Positions 10,173 through 19,794 are shown, counted from the first letter of the stretch. The stretch: DNA of 64,000 bases from an uncultured Alphaproteobacteria bacterium (GCA_963823225.1 CAWGKM010000003.1:1584274-1648273); one strand, 5' to 3'. Numbers and translations: made by a program. The notes: generated by a model not told the origin, from the letters alone.

Positions 10173-10718
10173 ATGCGCCCAACGTCATTGCTTGCCGCCG
10201 CGATTTTCTTAAGCGCCGCCGCCGGGGCGCCCACCATCGCCAAGGCCATCGAAGGTGCCAGCCCCGCGGCGCCGCAAACCACGACGCAACAGCCGCCCAG
10301 CACCACCGGTACGAAGAAAGTGAAAAAGACCAAGCCGGACAAGTCGAGTTCGCTACAGGACTTCTACAGCGGCTGGCACAAGGCCTACGCGCTTATTTAC
10401 AACAAGGGCGACTATGTCGGCGGCATCGCGGTGCTGCGCGCGATGGGCTACGACGACAATGCCGACGTGGCGACGCTGATCGGTTATGCGAGCCGCAAGC
10501 TCGGCCGCTATGACGACGCCAAGCTCTGGTACGATCGCGCGCTTGCCGCCGACCCCAACCACGCCCTGACCTGGTCCTATTACGGCATGTGGCAGGCCGA
10601 ACAGGGCAATGTCCTCAAAGCCAAGGACGACCTCGAAAAGGTGCGCAGCATCTGCGGCACCGATTGCCGTGCCTATACGGCGCTCAAGGCGGCGATCGAC
10701 GGCACGGTGACGTATTAG
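10173..10718 (+). CDS. Secreted tetratricopeptide-repeat protein
   Basis: Signal peptide, then a low-complexity linker, then TPR-like repeats (LGRYDDAKLWYDRALAADPNHALTWSYYG). Confidence 0.65.
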   Translation: MRPTSLLAAAIFLSAAAGAPTIAKAIEGASPAAPQTTTQQPPSTTGTKKVKKTKPDKSSSLQDFYSGWHKAYALIYNKGDYVGGIAVLRAMGYDDNADVATLIGYASRKLGRYDDAKLWYDRALAADPNHALTWSYYGMWQAEQGNVLKAKDDLEKVRSICGTDCRAYTALKAAIDGTVTY

Positions 10719-10765
10719 CCGGTAGGGCGGACGCGGAACGCGCGCCGCGGCGCGCCGTGCCCACC

Positions 10766-11110
10766 CTATGATTTCGTCTCGGCCACCGTCTCCGCCATGA
10801 GCCAGGCGTTATAGTCCGGATCGACCGTCTCGATCAGCAGGACCAATATGGCGGGTGTCGTATAGGAGTGCATCTGTTTGACCGCGGCGCGCACCGCCTC
10901 GGCGAGGCTCGCTCGGGTTTTTATGATCATCACCACTTCCTCGCCGCGCTCGATCGCGCCCTGCCACCGGTAGAACGAAACCATGCCCGGCAGGATATTG
11001 ACGCAGGCGCACAGCCGGCGCTCGACCAGCGTGCGGCCGGCCGTCTCCGCCTCGACAATGGACGGATAGGTCGTATAGACGAACACCGCGCGTTCCACGC
11101 TTGCATTCAT
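10766..11110 (-). CDS. cutA: Divalent-cation tolerance protein CutA
   Basis: About 114 aa starting at [17 protein letters not shown]. CutA1-like sequence ([18 protein letters not shown]...EEVVMIIKT). Confidence 0.8.
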   Translation of the reverse strand: MNASVERAVFVYTTYPSIVEAETAGRTLVERRLCACVNILPGMVSFYRWQGAIERGEEVVMIIKTRASLAEAVRAAVKQMHSYTTPAILVLLIETVDPDYNAWLMAETVAETKS

Positions 11111-11159
11111 GTCGATCTCCCCCGGCGCCGCGCCGCCCGTCCGGTAAGGCCTGCCCGTC

Positions 11160-11949
11160 ATGCCGAAACGCCGCACCCGAGCCGTATTCAAGCACATCGC
11201 CTTCGTCGCCAGCGACGCCCCCGAGGCGGAGCGGGCGCGCCGCGCGCCTGATTCGGCGCTATGGCGATGCCCCGCCGGAGACCTCCGACGTCATCGTCGC
11301 GTTGGGCGGCGACGGGTTCATGCTGCAAACCCTGCAACGGTTCATGAACTCCGGCAAGCCGATCTATGGCATGCATCGCGGCACGGTCGGCTTCCTGATG
11401 AACGAATACGGCGAAAAAAACCTCATCGAGCGGCTCGCCGCCGCCCAGGTCACCGTCATCCATCCGCTGTTGATGCGCGCGCGCGACGCCGCCGGCCGCG
11501 TGCACCGCCACCACGCCATCAACGAGGTGTCGCTGTTCCGCCAGATCTATCAGGCGGCGCGGCTGCGCGTGTTGATCGACGGCAAGGTACGGTTGCCCGA
11601 ACTGGTCGCCGACGGCATCCTGCTGGCGACGCCGGCCGGATCGACCGCCTACAATCTCTCGGCACAGGGTCCGATCATTCCGATCGGCGCGCCGCTTCTG
11701 GCGCTCACCCCGATCAGTCCGTTCCGGCCGCGGCGCTGGCGCGGCGCGCTGTTGCCGGACCGCGCGCGGGTGACGGTCGAGGTGCTCGACGCCGCCAAAC
11801 GCCCCGTTGCCGCCGTCGCCGACCACGACGAGGTGCGGTCGGTGCGCTCGGTCGATATTGCCATGGATCACGCGATCGCCATGGACATGCTTTTCGATCC
11901 CGGCCACAGCCTCGACGAGCGCATTTTGCGGGAGCAATTCGGCTACTGA
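11160..11949 (+). CDS. nadK: NAD kinase, reading frame broken by a +1 shift near 11232-11250
   Basis: N-terminus [15 protein letters not shown] is in the frame starting at 11160. The rest ([16 protein letters not shown]...[13 protein letters not shown]) is in the frame of the 11101 ORF. Confidence 0.8.
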
Positions 11950-12040
11950 GCCGCGAATGCTTAACCGAGCGTTAACGACGGTTCCTTACGATTGACCGCG
12001 CGAGGCTGGACGCGGTCGCGTTCGCCGCGCGGGAGGCAGT

Positions 12041-12586
12041 ATGGTCCGCATCGACTTCAACCGCTTGCGCTTTCTGGTCATCGACGACAATGCGCATATG
12101 CGACGGATCCTGCGCACGCTGTTGCACGGATTCGGCACCCGAGAAGTCTACGAAGCCGAAGACGGCGCCGCCGGCCTCGAAGCCTTCACCCATTACATGC
12201 CGGACATCATCATCGCCGACTGGGTGATGCCGATTTTCGACGGTTTGGAATTGGCGCAGATGATCCGTCAGCCGGGCGCCAACGCCAATCCTTACGTGCC
12301 GATCATCATGCTCACCGGCCATTCCGAGAAGAAACGCGTGGTCAGCGCGCGCGATGCCGGCGTCACCGAGTTCCTCGCCAAGCCGATTTCGGCCAAGGCG
12401 CTGTACGAACGCATTCTCAACGTGGTCGCCAATCCGCGGCCGTTCATCAAAAGCAAAACCTATTTCGGGCCGGACCGGCGGCGCAACGTCAACCCGAACT
12501 ATGTCGGCCCGGAACGGCGCAAGGGCGGCAAGGCGGAAATCTCGCGCCAACAGCCGCTGCTCGATAAAGCCAAGGTCTTGATCTGA
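12041..12586 (+). CDS. Single-domain response regulator (CheY-like receiver) with a basic C-terminal tail
   Basis: Has the receiver hallmarks LVIDDN...DIIIADWVMP...LTGHS...FLAKP. Confidence 0.8.
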   Translation: MVRIDFNRLRFLVIDDNAHMRRILRTLLHGFGTREVYEAEDGAAGLEAFTHYMPDIIIADWVMPIFDGLELAQMIRQPGANANPYVPIIMLTGHSEKKRVVSARDAGVTEFLAKPISAKALYERILNVVANPRPFIKSKTYFGPDRRRNVNPNYVGPERRKGGKAEISRQQPLLDKAKVLI

Positions 12587-12605
12587 CGTCAGGAGTATAA
12601 TCTCT

Positions 12606-13191
12606 ATGCCCCCTCGCAAGGACGACACTCCCTCGGTTGCGACTTACGCAGATCACGAAGTGATCACGCCGCCGCACGAGCTGCGCAAGGCGGTTGGGCC
12701 GGCGCTGGACGGCAACGACGATCCAGTGGCGCGCGCCGAAGCGGCGCTGGTGGAGCTTTCTTCCGAGTTTTCCGATTGGATGCAAACCGAGTGCGAGCGC
12801 CTTGAAGAAGGCGCGTCAGAACGTCAAGCGCAAGGGCTTTACCGAGAAGACGCGCGAAACGCTGTTCCATGCCGCTCACGACATCAAGGGCGAGGCGGCC
12901 ACGTTCGGTTATCCCGAAGCTGCCGGCGTCGCCGAGAGCCTGTGCCGGCTGCTGGAACATACCCCCGAGCTCGCGCGCATCCCGATCAAGCTGGTCGACC
13001 AGCACGTCGATGCGGTGCGGGCGATCACCCGCGAACATGCCCGGCCCGACGTCGCCGATGTCGCCAGCGAGCTGACGCAGCGGCTGCGCGAAGTCACCGA
13101 CGATTTCCTAAGGAGCGAGAACCGTTTCCGTCCGGATTATCTGGAAAGCATTTTTGCGCCGCCGCTCGCTCCCGGCGTCGCCGGGACGTGA
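12606..13191 (+). CDS. Hpt (histidine phosphotransfer) domain protein, frame shifts near 12800-12815
   Basis: The N-terminal part is in the 12606 frame. The Hpt core LFHAAHDIKGEAATFGYP is in the 12694 frame. Lies directly downstream of the receiver gene. Confidence 0.7.
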
Positions 13192-13198
13192 CGGAAAG

Positions 13199-14368
13199 TT
13201 ACGCCGCGACTGAGTGGGCTTCGCAGTCCCGATCCTCGGCGACAAGCTCATCGCAGAACAGCCGCGCCTCTTCGCGCGCGGCTTCGGTCGCAAACCGGCG
13301 CAACAGCGTGAGCAGCGGCGCCAGCTCGCCGAGATCGGCATTTTCGCAGCCGGTGAGGACACGCTCGATCATGCGCCGCTTGAGCCGCGCGGCGCCGCCC
13401 GGTTCCAGCGGGACCCCTTCGCGCAGCGCTTCGATCGCTGCCTTGAAAGCGGGATAGGTCGACGCCGGCAGTTGCGCTCTTTCGAACAGCGCCCGCCAGC
13501 CCACGCTGCCGCGGTCGTGGATGAGCCCCGATACGCGCGCGACCGGCAAATCGGTCAGCTCCGCCAGCGCTTCCTCGAACAGCGCGATATTGCCGGACAA
13601 AAGCGCGCGCAGAATAAGGCCGGCGGTGAGCTGTCCGCTGGCGCACAAATGCCGGACCAGCGGGCGAAGTTCGGTCTCCGGCGTCGCCGCGGCAATCGTC
13701 ACCGTCGCCTTCTCGCAAGCGTCGCGCGCAATGCGTTGCGCTTGATCGACGCCGAGCCAGGCGCGGCCGGCGACAAAACCGGCCAGTGTCTGCGACAGTT
13801 TGATGACCAGCGCCTGCCGCGTGGCGGCGGGTATATCGTCGCGAACCAATAGCGACTCGCGGATTGCGGCGAGGTGACCGAAGCGCTCGACGATGCGATC
13901 GATCGAGAGCGGCGCGATGTCGGCGGCGCGGTTTTCGACGAGCACCAAGCAGGCTTCCGCCGTCCCTATTTCGGCGATTGCGGCGGCAACCGAACACGGC
14001 AGCGCGGCGCGGCTCGCGATCGCCGCTTGCACGGCGGCGCCGCCGGTCGCGACCGCATCGACCAGATCGGCGTCGACAAATAGCGGCGATAGCGCGTAAA
14101 CCGGCGCCGCGATCTGCGGCTGATCGGCGGCGAGCGCGATCACGATCGCCGGCGGCGCGGCTGGACTGGCGGCCAGCGCATCGGCGAGCGAGCGGCGCAC
14201 CAGCGGCGACGGATCGTCGAGCAGCATCAACATCGCGCCTTCGGCGGCGGCGAGATCGTCGGACGACAGCTCGGAATAAAGGTAGGCGCGCGCCAGCGCG
14301 CTCGTGGCCTCGGCCCGTTCGCCGGCCGGCGCGGTGCGTACCCATTGCAGAAAATCGCGGACGATCAT
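13199..14368 (-). CDS. DUF2336-family protein
   Basis: About 389 aa from MIVRDFLQWV. Alanine-rich helical repeats typical of alphaproteobacterial DUF2336, recalled from memory. Confidence 0.55.
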   Translation of the reverse strand: MIVRDFLQWVRTAPAGERAEATSALARAYLYSELSSDDLAAAEGAMLMLLDDPSPLVRRSLADALAASPAAPPAIVIALAADQPQIAAPVYALSPLFVDADLVDAVATGGAAVQAAIASRAALPCSVAAAIAEIGTAEACLVLVENRAADIAPLSIDRIVERFGHLAAIRESLLVRDDIPAATRQALVIKLSQTLAGFVAGRAWLGVDQAQRIARDACEKATVTIAAATPETELRPLVRHLCASGQLTAGLILRALLSGNIALFEEALAELTDLPVARVSGLIHDRGSVGWRALFERAQLPASTYPAFKAAIEALREGVPLEPGGAARLKRRMIERVLTGCENADLGELAPLLTLLRRFATEAAREEARLFCDELVAEDRDCEAHSVAA

Positions 14369-14489
14369 CGCTCGCTCACGCCGCGCGGAATTGCGGTCCA
14401 TGCCGATGGTATCGTCGCGGGGCTTAATAAACCGTTCACCATATATCGCCGTGATTTCCCGGGGATACCGGGCCCGCGCGGCGGCGCGC

Positions 14490-15605
14490 TTAAGTGCCGC
14501 GCTCGTTATCTTTGAACAGTTCGCGCATGCCGCCCGCCGGCGCAGCGGAAGTTCCGTTGGCACCCGGCGCCGCGTTGGCCACGCCCCATAGCTGACTCAC
14601 GACTTCCGCGACCGGGCCGGTGCGGTCGGGATCGGCAAACAAGTTGTGGAATATCTGTTTTTCTTGCCCGCTGCGCTTTGGAACGGCGGCGGCAAAGGCG
14701 CTGGTCATGCCCGCCGTATCGGGGACCGCTGCGGCAGCCGTAGTCGGCGCCTCCACCGCGGCAGCGATGGCAGGCGTGGCTGATGCGGTTGGCGCGGCCG
14801 ATGCGAGAAAAATCGGGACGGTACGAACGGGACGGGCCGTGGGCTCGGTGGAGGCGCTGGAGGCGCTGGAGCCGCCGGAGGCGGCCGACGCAGTGGTCGG
14901 AACAGTGGAAGCCGCCGCAACAGCGCTCGGTTCGCTCGTAATTTGCGCCACTGTGACCGCGGGCATGCTCGGCTTCGACCGCGCCGCCACATCGTAGCGC
15001 GCGGTGAGGAGATCGCGCACTTGCGCCAGGCTGCGGGCCGCGCCCGTGGTGCGGTCATAGAAGATCGAAGAATTGGCGTGCGCGGCATCCGGAAAATACC
15101 TTGCGGCACCGGCATTCGGATGAGCGGCTGCGGCCGAGATCAGCCGCGCCGCGCCGCCAGCGCCGAGAAAATGCGCGATGTAGAGTTCGCCTTCGCTCGG
15201 CGTGCGGCCGAGCCGCGCCGACAGCACGGCCGCATTGGCCTGGGTGAAGGCGCCCGCCATCACCGCGTTTGCGGTCGGATCGTTGCGCAATCTTAAAATT
15301 TCGCCGCGCATCGCCGGATCGGCCACCTCGTAGCGGCCGGAGGCGTTCTGCGTGATGGCGGCGGCATATTGGCCATAGCCGAGCGCCGCCCCTGACTGCT
15401 TCATGGTGGCGAGCCAAGTCTGATCGATAAACTGAAATAGGCCGCGCGCTGAGGAGGTCGAGGCGCCGGCTTGCGGATTGAGACCCGATTCGACCTGCGC
15501 CGTCGCCAACAGGTATTGAAAGCTCGTCCCGGTGGCTTGCGCCGCCTGGCGGATAGCGCCGGTCACCGCCGCGCCGGCGGGCGAATTGCTGGGATCGACC
15601 AGCAT
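14490..15605 (-). CDS. Lytic transglycosylase (SLT) domain protein with an Ala/Pro/Thr-rich C-terminal region
   Basis: SLT catalytic region (AQVESGLNP...ARGLFQFIDQTW...AHFLGAGGA). Confidence 0.75.
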   Translation of the reverse strand: MLVDPSNSPAGAAVTGAIRQAAQATGTSFQYLLATAQVESGLNPQAGASTSSARGLFQFIDQTWLATMKQSGAALGYGQYAAAITQNASGRYEVADPAMRGEILRLRNDPTANAVMAGAFTQANAAVLSARLGRTPSEGELYIAHFLGAGGAARLISAAAAHPNAGAARYFPDAAHANSSIFYDRTTGAARSLAQVRDLLTARYDVAARSKPSMPAVTVAQITSEPSAVAAASTVPTTASAASGGSSASSASTEPTARPVRTVPIFLASAAPTASATPAIAAAVEAPTTAAAAVPDTAGMTSAFAAAVPKRSGQEKQIFHNLFADPDRTGPVAEVVSQLWGVANAAPGANGTSAAPAGGMRELFKDNERGT

Positions 15606-15720
15606 GGCTTCCGTGCTCCCCTGCCGGCTCCCACCGGCTGTTTCGAGCGTTAGTAATATTTAACGATTATGGTAAACGTCGGCTTAACGGCACGACGGCA
15701 CGACGGCGCAGGAGGCAAAA

Positions 15721-16206
15721 ATGGCGAGCGAGACGGCCACCCGGCACAAGCGCGGCGGGCTTTATTTCGAGGATTTCGTCGCCGGCGAAGTCGTCGAGCA
15801 CCGTTTTACGCGCACCGTCACCCAGATGGACAACATGTTGTTCTCCAATATGACGCTCAACCCGCAGCCGCTCCATATCGACCGGCATTTCTGCGAACAG
15901 GAGACCGAATGGGGCCAGCCGCTGATGAACTCGCTGTTCACGCTCGGGCTGATGATCGGCATGTCGGTGAGCGATCTCACCGTCGGCACCACGATTGCCA
16001 ATCTCGGCATGACCGAGGTGAAATTCCCGCACCCCTTGTTCGAAGGCGACACCGTGCACGCCACGACCGAAATCCTCGGCAAGCGCGAATCGAAGTCGCG
16101 GTCCGGCGCCGGCATCGTCGAATTTCACCACCGCGCCTACAATCAGGATAACAAGCTTGTCGCCGAATGCCGCCGCCAGGCTTTTATGCGCATGCGGCCG
16201 AAGTAA
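15721..16206 (+). CDS. MaoC-like (R)-specific enoyl-CoA hydratase/dehydratase
   Basis: 161 aa with a hotdog fold. YFEDFVAGE...FSNMTLNPQPLHID matches the MaoC dehydratase signature. Confidence 0.8.
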   Translation: MASETATRHKRGGLYFEDFVAGEVVEHRFTRTVTQMDNMLFSNMTLNPQPLHIDRHFCEQETEWGQPLMNSLFTLGLMIGMSVSDLTVGTTIANLGMTEVKFPHPLFEGDTVHATTEILGKRESKSRSGAGIVEFHHRAYNQDNKLVAECRRQAFMRMRPK

Positions 16207-16223
16207 CCGCCCTGCCCCGGCCG

Positions 16224-17099
16224 ATGCGCTCGCTCCTGTTCGTTCCGGCCGATAGCGCCAAAAAACTCGCCAACGCCATGGCGAGCGGCGCCGATGCGGT
16301 GATCGTCGACCTCGAAGATTCGATCGCGCCCGACGGTAAGACGCGCGCGCGGCAGAGCGCGGCGGCGTTTCTCAAGGATGCCGTCACGGCCACGCCGCGC
16401 CCGTATCTTGTGGTGCGCGTCAACGGCTTGCAGACCGGGCTGACCGACGCCGATCTCGACGCCATCGCAGCGGCGAAACCGGACGCCATCATGCTGCCGA
16501 AGGCCGAGGGCGGCGCTTCCGTCGTTCACGCCGACGCCAAGCTCGCCGTGCGCGAGGCCCAAAACGGTTTGCCCGACGGACATATCAAGATTCTGCCGAT
16601 CGCCACCGAGACCGCGGCCGCCTTGTTCGTCGCCGGCACTTTTGCCGGCGCCAGCACGCGGCTGATCGGGCTGACCTGGGGCGCGGAGGATTTATCCGCC
16701 GAGCTCGGCGCGCACGCCAACCGCGACGCGCACGGCCGTTGGCTCGATCCATATCGGCTGGCGCGCGTGCTGTGCCTCGCCGCCGCCGCCAGTGCCGCCG
16801 TGCCGGCGATCGACACCGTCTATGTCGATTTCCGCGACAGCGACGGCTTGCGCCGCGAATGCGATGAGGCTTGCCGCGACGGCTTCGTCGGCAAGATGGC
16901 GATCCATCCGGCGCAGGTGCCCATCATCAACGAGGTATTCACGCCGTCGCCGGAAGCGCTGGCGCGCGCGCAGGCCATCGTCGATGCGTTTGCGGCCAAT
17001 CCCGGCGCCGGCGTCGTCGGCATCGGCGGCGTCATGTACGACCGGCCGCATTTGACGCGCGCCCAGCAATTGCTGGCGCGCGCCGACAAACCGGCATAG
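16224..17099 (+). CDS. CitE/HpcH-family CoA ester lyase (citryl-/malyl-/citramalyl-CoA lyase-like)
   Basis: MRSLLFVPAD...ADAVIVDLEDSIAP...MLPKAE is typical of citrate lyase beta-like proteins. Confidence 0.8.
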   Translation: MRSLLFVPADSAKKLANAMASGADAVIVDLEDSIAPDGKTRARQSAAAFLKDAVTATPRPYLVVRVNGLQTGLTDADLDAIAAAKPDAIMLPKAEGGASVVHADAKLAVREAQNGLPDGHIKILPIATETAAALFVAGTFAGASTRLIGLTWGAEDLSAELGAHANRDAHGRWLDPYRLARVLCLAAAASAAVPAIDTVYVDFRDSDGLRRECDEACRDGFVGKMAIHPAQVPIINEVFTPSPEALARAQAIVDAFAANPGAGVVGIGGVMYDRPHLTRAQQLLARADKPA

Positions 17100-17105
17100 G
17101 GCGCG

Positions 17106-17906
17106 ATGAGTTCGACAGCACAAAAAGCCGCCCAAAAGGCCGCCCTGATCACCGGAGCCGCGCGCGGGATCGGGCTTGCGACCGCCAAACGATTCCTTGC
17201 CGACGGTTGGCGCGTCGCTCTGCTCGATATCGACACCGAGACGCTCAATCGCACGCACGCCGCATTGGCCGAGCCCGATAAGACAATCGCCATCATTTGC
17301 GACGTTGCCGATGCTGCCGGCGTTACCGACGCGGTTGCAACCGTCGCGAAAAATTTCGGCCGGCTCGATGCGCTCGTCAACAATGCCGGAATTGCGATCT
17401 TCAAGCCGATCCTCGACGTCACCTACGAGGATTGGTCGCGCGTCTTGGCCGTCAATCTCACCGGCCCGTTTCTGTGTACGCAGGCGGCGACGCCGCTGAT
17501 GCGCGACAGCGGCGGCGGCGCCATCGTCAACATTACATCCATATCGGGGCTGCGCGCTTCGACGCTACGCACGGCCTACGGCACGAGCAAAGCGGGCCTT
17601 GCGCATCTCACCCAACAGCAGGCGGTCGAACTGGCGTCACTCGGCATCCGGGTCAATGCCGTCGCGCCGGGGCCGGTGAACACCGCCATGGCGAAGTCCG
17701 TCCACACCCCGGAGATCCGCGCCGCCTATCACGACGCCATCCCGCTCAACCGCTATGGACTGGAACAAGAGCTCGCCGAAGCGATCTTCTTCCTGTGCAG
17801 CGACCGCGCCAGCTATATCACCGGACAAACGATCGCGGTCGACGGCGGATTTGAAGCTACAGGCATTGGCCTGCCGGCGCTGCGCGGGAGCGGGCGGAAT
17901 AGCTGA
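17106..17906 (+). CDS. SDR-family oxidoreductase
   Basis: TGAARGIG glycine motif, NNAG, and the YGTSK catalytic motif. Confidence 0.85.
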   Translation: MSSTAQKAAQKAALITGAARGIGLATAKRFLADGWRVALLDIDTETLNRTHAALAEPDKTIAIICDVADAAGVTDAVATVAKNFGRLDALVNNAGIAIFKPILDVTYEDWSRVLAVNLTGPFLCTQAATPLMRDSGGGAIVNITSISGLRASTLRTAYGTSKAGLAHLTQQQAVELASLGIRVNAVAPGPVNTAMAKSVHTPEIRAAYHDAIPLNRYGLEQELAEAIFFLCSDRASYITGQTIAVDGGFEATGIGLPALRGSGRNS

Positions 17907-17910
17907 GCGC

Positions 17911-18000
17911 CTATTTCCGATACGCCGCTTTCGGATCGAACACTTTTTCGCCGGCGAATTCGAGCTTGACCGCACCCGGTTTGCCAAGCGGCACGGCGCG
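17911..18000 (-). pseudogene. Orphan duplicate of the hisI 3' end (last ~29 codons plus stop)
   Basis: About 93% identical to 18755-18845. Translates to [29 protein letters not shown], against the live hisI C-terminus [29 protein letters not shown]. Confidence 0.85.
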
Positions 18001-18099
18001 AGCAATTGCTGGCGCACTCCCTCTCTCCGCGCGGCGCAGAGAGGTGAACTAGAAACTCGATCCCACGGCGCGATTGCGCGCGGGTTTGTCAAACAGCGA

Positions 18100-18262
18100 A
18101 CGGTACCGGCCGTCATTGCGAGGAGCGAAGCGACGACCCACCTTCGCTCGCTTCGTGAGCTACGGTGGGTTTGAGTCCACCGAAGCGGAGCGCGTAGGTG
18201 GAAGCAATCCAGAGCGGAACGGTAAAGAACTGGATTGCTTCGCTTGCGCTCGCAATGGCGAA
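18100..18262. repeat. REP/RIME-like nested palindromes
   Basis: Inverted repeats: cattgcgag..(18113) with ctcgcaatg (18250); ggaagcaatccag (18200) with ctggattgcttc (18230); acccacc/ggtgggt; tccacc/ggtgga. Confidence 0.7.
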
Positions 18263-18659
18263 AGAAAGAAAGGAAGCGGAACGCCGGCAAACGCAGGGTA
18301 CTACCTCCCGCACCAAGCGGGTGCGGGTCGCGCCACGGAAAGGCGGCTTGCGCCGCCCTTCCGCTTGCGGGCGCGCTCGCCTGCCGGCGTTCCACCACGG
18401 CTCTCGCCAGAGGGACTTACGTCGCCTCAGGCGCAACTCAGGCCAGGCTTCCTGGGACGCGGCCGCTTTTGTCGGGCGGCGTTACCGCCCCTGCCTGTCC
18501 CAGTCCAGCGAAGCACCTCGCACGCCGGTCGTAATGCCGGCAGGCATGATACCCAAGCCGCCCGGGAGCGCAGCTGATGAGGCCACGCCCGCGGGCACCG
18601 CACTCGCCCCCGCCGTCCGGCATCACCGGCCGGCGTCCTTTTAGGGCGAGATTTGATTC
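18262..18659 (-). ncRNA. Candidate ~400-nt structured non-coding RNA of unknown class
   Basis: Lies downstream of a near-consensus promoter. 12-bp long-range helix 18382-18393/18278-18289. GCAA-capped hairpin at 18337-18362, GUAA-capped hairpin near 18474-18491 enclosed by CTGGGAC/GTCCCAG, hairpin at 18307-18327, then a U-rich tract. No convincing ORF. Confidence 0.35.
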
Positions 18660-18665
18660 GTTGGT

Positions 18666-18694
18666 TTTATAACTGAAATCGTGACTAATGTCAA
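18666..18694 (-). promoter_or_regulatory. Sigma70-like promoter TTGACA-N17-TATAAA
   Basis: The minus strand reads tgTTGACAttagtcacgatttcagtTATAAAacc. It sits in an AT-rich patch between the hisI terminator and the GC-rich segment. Confidence 0.5.
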
Positions 18695-18720
18695 CAGAAC
18701 AGTGACGCGAGCCGGCGAGT

Positions 18721-18754
18721 GCAAAATTCGCCTCTCCCCAGCAGCGGGGAGAGG
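18721..18754 (-). terminator. Rho-independent-like terminator after hisI
   Basis: Perfect 9-bp stem CCTCTCCCC/GGGGAGAGG directly after the hisI stop, followed on the minus strand by CGAATTTTG. Confidence 0.55.
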
Positions 18755-19201
18755 TTATTTGCGATACGCCGCTTTCGGATCGAACACTTTCTCGCCGGCG
18801 AATTCGAGCTTGACCGCACCCGACTTGCCGAGCGGCACGGCGCGATAAAAGCACGAGCGCCGGCCGGTGTGGCAGGCGGCGACCGTTTGCTCGACCTTGA
18901 TCCACACCGCGTCCTGATCGCAGTCGATGCGCATTTCGACGACGCGCTGGGTGTGGCCGGAGGTCTCGCCCTTCTTCCACAGCGCACCGCGCGAGCGGCT
19001 GAAATACCATGCTTCGCCGGTTGCGATGGTCTTGACCAGCGCCTCGGCATTCATATGCGCCACCATCAGCACCTCGCCGGTGCCGGCATCGGTGGCGACG
19101 GCCGTGACCAGGCCGTCGCCGTCGAATTTCGGCGTCAGCGCAATGCCGTCTTCAAGATCGGCGGCGCCGCCCGGCGCTGCAAATGGTGAGTTCACCGCCA
19201 C
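18755..19201 (-). CDS. hisI: Phosphoribosyl-AMP cyclohydrolase
   Basis: [25 protein letters not shown]...[20 protein letters not shown]...DCDQDAVW is canonical HisI. Confidence 0.9.
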   Translation of the reverse strand: MAVNSPFAAPGGAADLEDGIALTPKFDGDGLVTAVATDAGTGEVLMVAHMNAEALVKTIATGEAWYFSRSRGALWKKGETSGHTQRVVEMRIDCDQDAVWIKVEQTVAACHTGRRSCFYRAVPLGKSGAVKLEFAGEKVFDPKAAYRK

Positions 19202-19322
19202 AACTGTCCCGCCTTTGCCGCCCGCTGCGCTTGCCGAACTTCAAATCCAATGCGGCAGCGCCTATATAGTGGATTATCAGGCGGACTCAATAAACCCAGC
19301 TACGGTCGGATAAATCCGCGAT

Positions 19323-19784
19323 TTGGCGATGCTCAACGAAGTCTATAACCGCCGCATTATCGAGCTTGCCGGCACCATCCCGCGGATCGGCAGGCTGGCC
19401 GATCCCGACGCGACGGCGACCGCGCTGTCGCGGCTGTGCGGCTCCACCGTCACCATCGATCTGAAGATGGACGGCGACACCGTGACCGACTTCGCCCACG
19501 AGGTGAAAGCCTGCGCGCTCGGCCAGGCGTCGTCTTCGATCATGGCGCGCAACATTGTCGGCTCGAAGGCCGCGGAGCTGCGCGAAATTCGCGAAACCGT
19601 GCGCAAAATGCTCAAAGAAAACGGCGCCCCGCCGGCCGACGGCAAATGGGCCGACATTGCGGTGCTCGAACCGGTGCGCGACTATAAGGCGCGCCACGCT
19701 TCGACGCTGCTCACCTTCGATGCCGTGGTCGACGCCATCGGCCAGATCGAGCAGAAACGCGGCGCCAAGGCCGCGGCGGAGTAG
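19323..19784 (+). CDS. Iron-sulfur cluster assembly scaffold protein (IscU/NifU N-terminal-like)
   Basis: LYNRRIIELAG-type N-terminus with conserved Cys context (SRLCGSTVTIDL...VKACALGQAS). Confidence 0.7.
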   Translation: MAMLNEVYNRRIIELAGTIPRIGRLADPDATATALSRLCGSTVTIDLKMDGDTVTDFAHEVKACALGQASSSIMARNIVGSKAAELREIRETVRKMLKENGAPPADGKWADIAVLEPVRDYKARHASTLLTFDAVVDAIGQIEQKRGAKAAAE

Positions 19785-19794
19785 CCGCCCCCGC

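Noticed and set aside
18262-18659. Tested whether the GC-rich structured segment is RNase P RNA, tmRNA, SRP or 6S RNA, a cobalamin, glycine or TPP riboswitch, or an ORF-less group II intron.
   Set aside because: It has a GGCAGGGGCGGUAACGCC stretch vaguely like RNase P. It lacks GGAAAGUCCGGGC and ACAGAACCCGGCUUA, any T-loop/CCA or tag ORF, the SRP GGAAGCAGC core, the B12 box GCCACUG, and a domain V-like hairpin. It is therefore left as an unclassified candidate.
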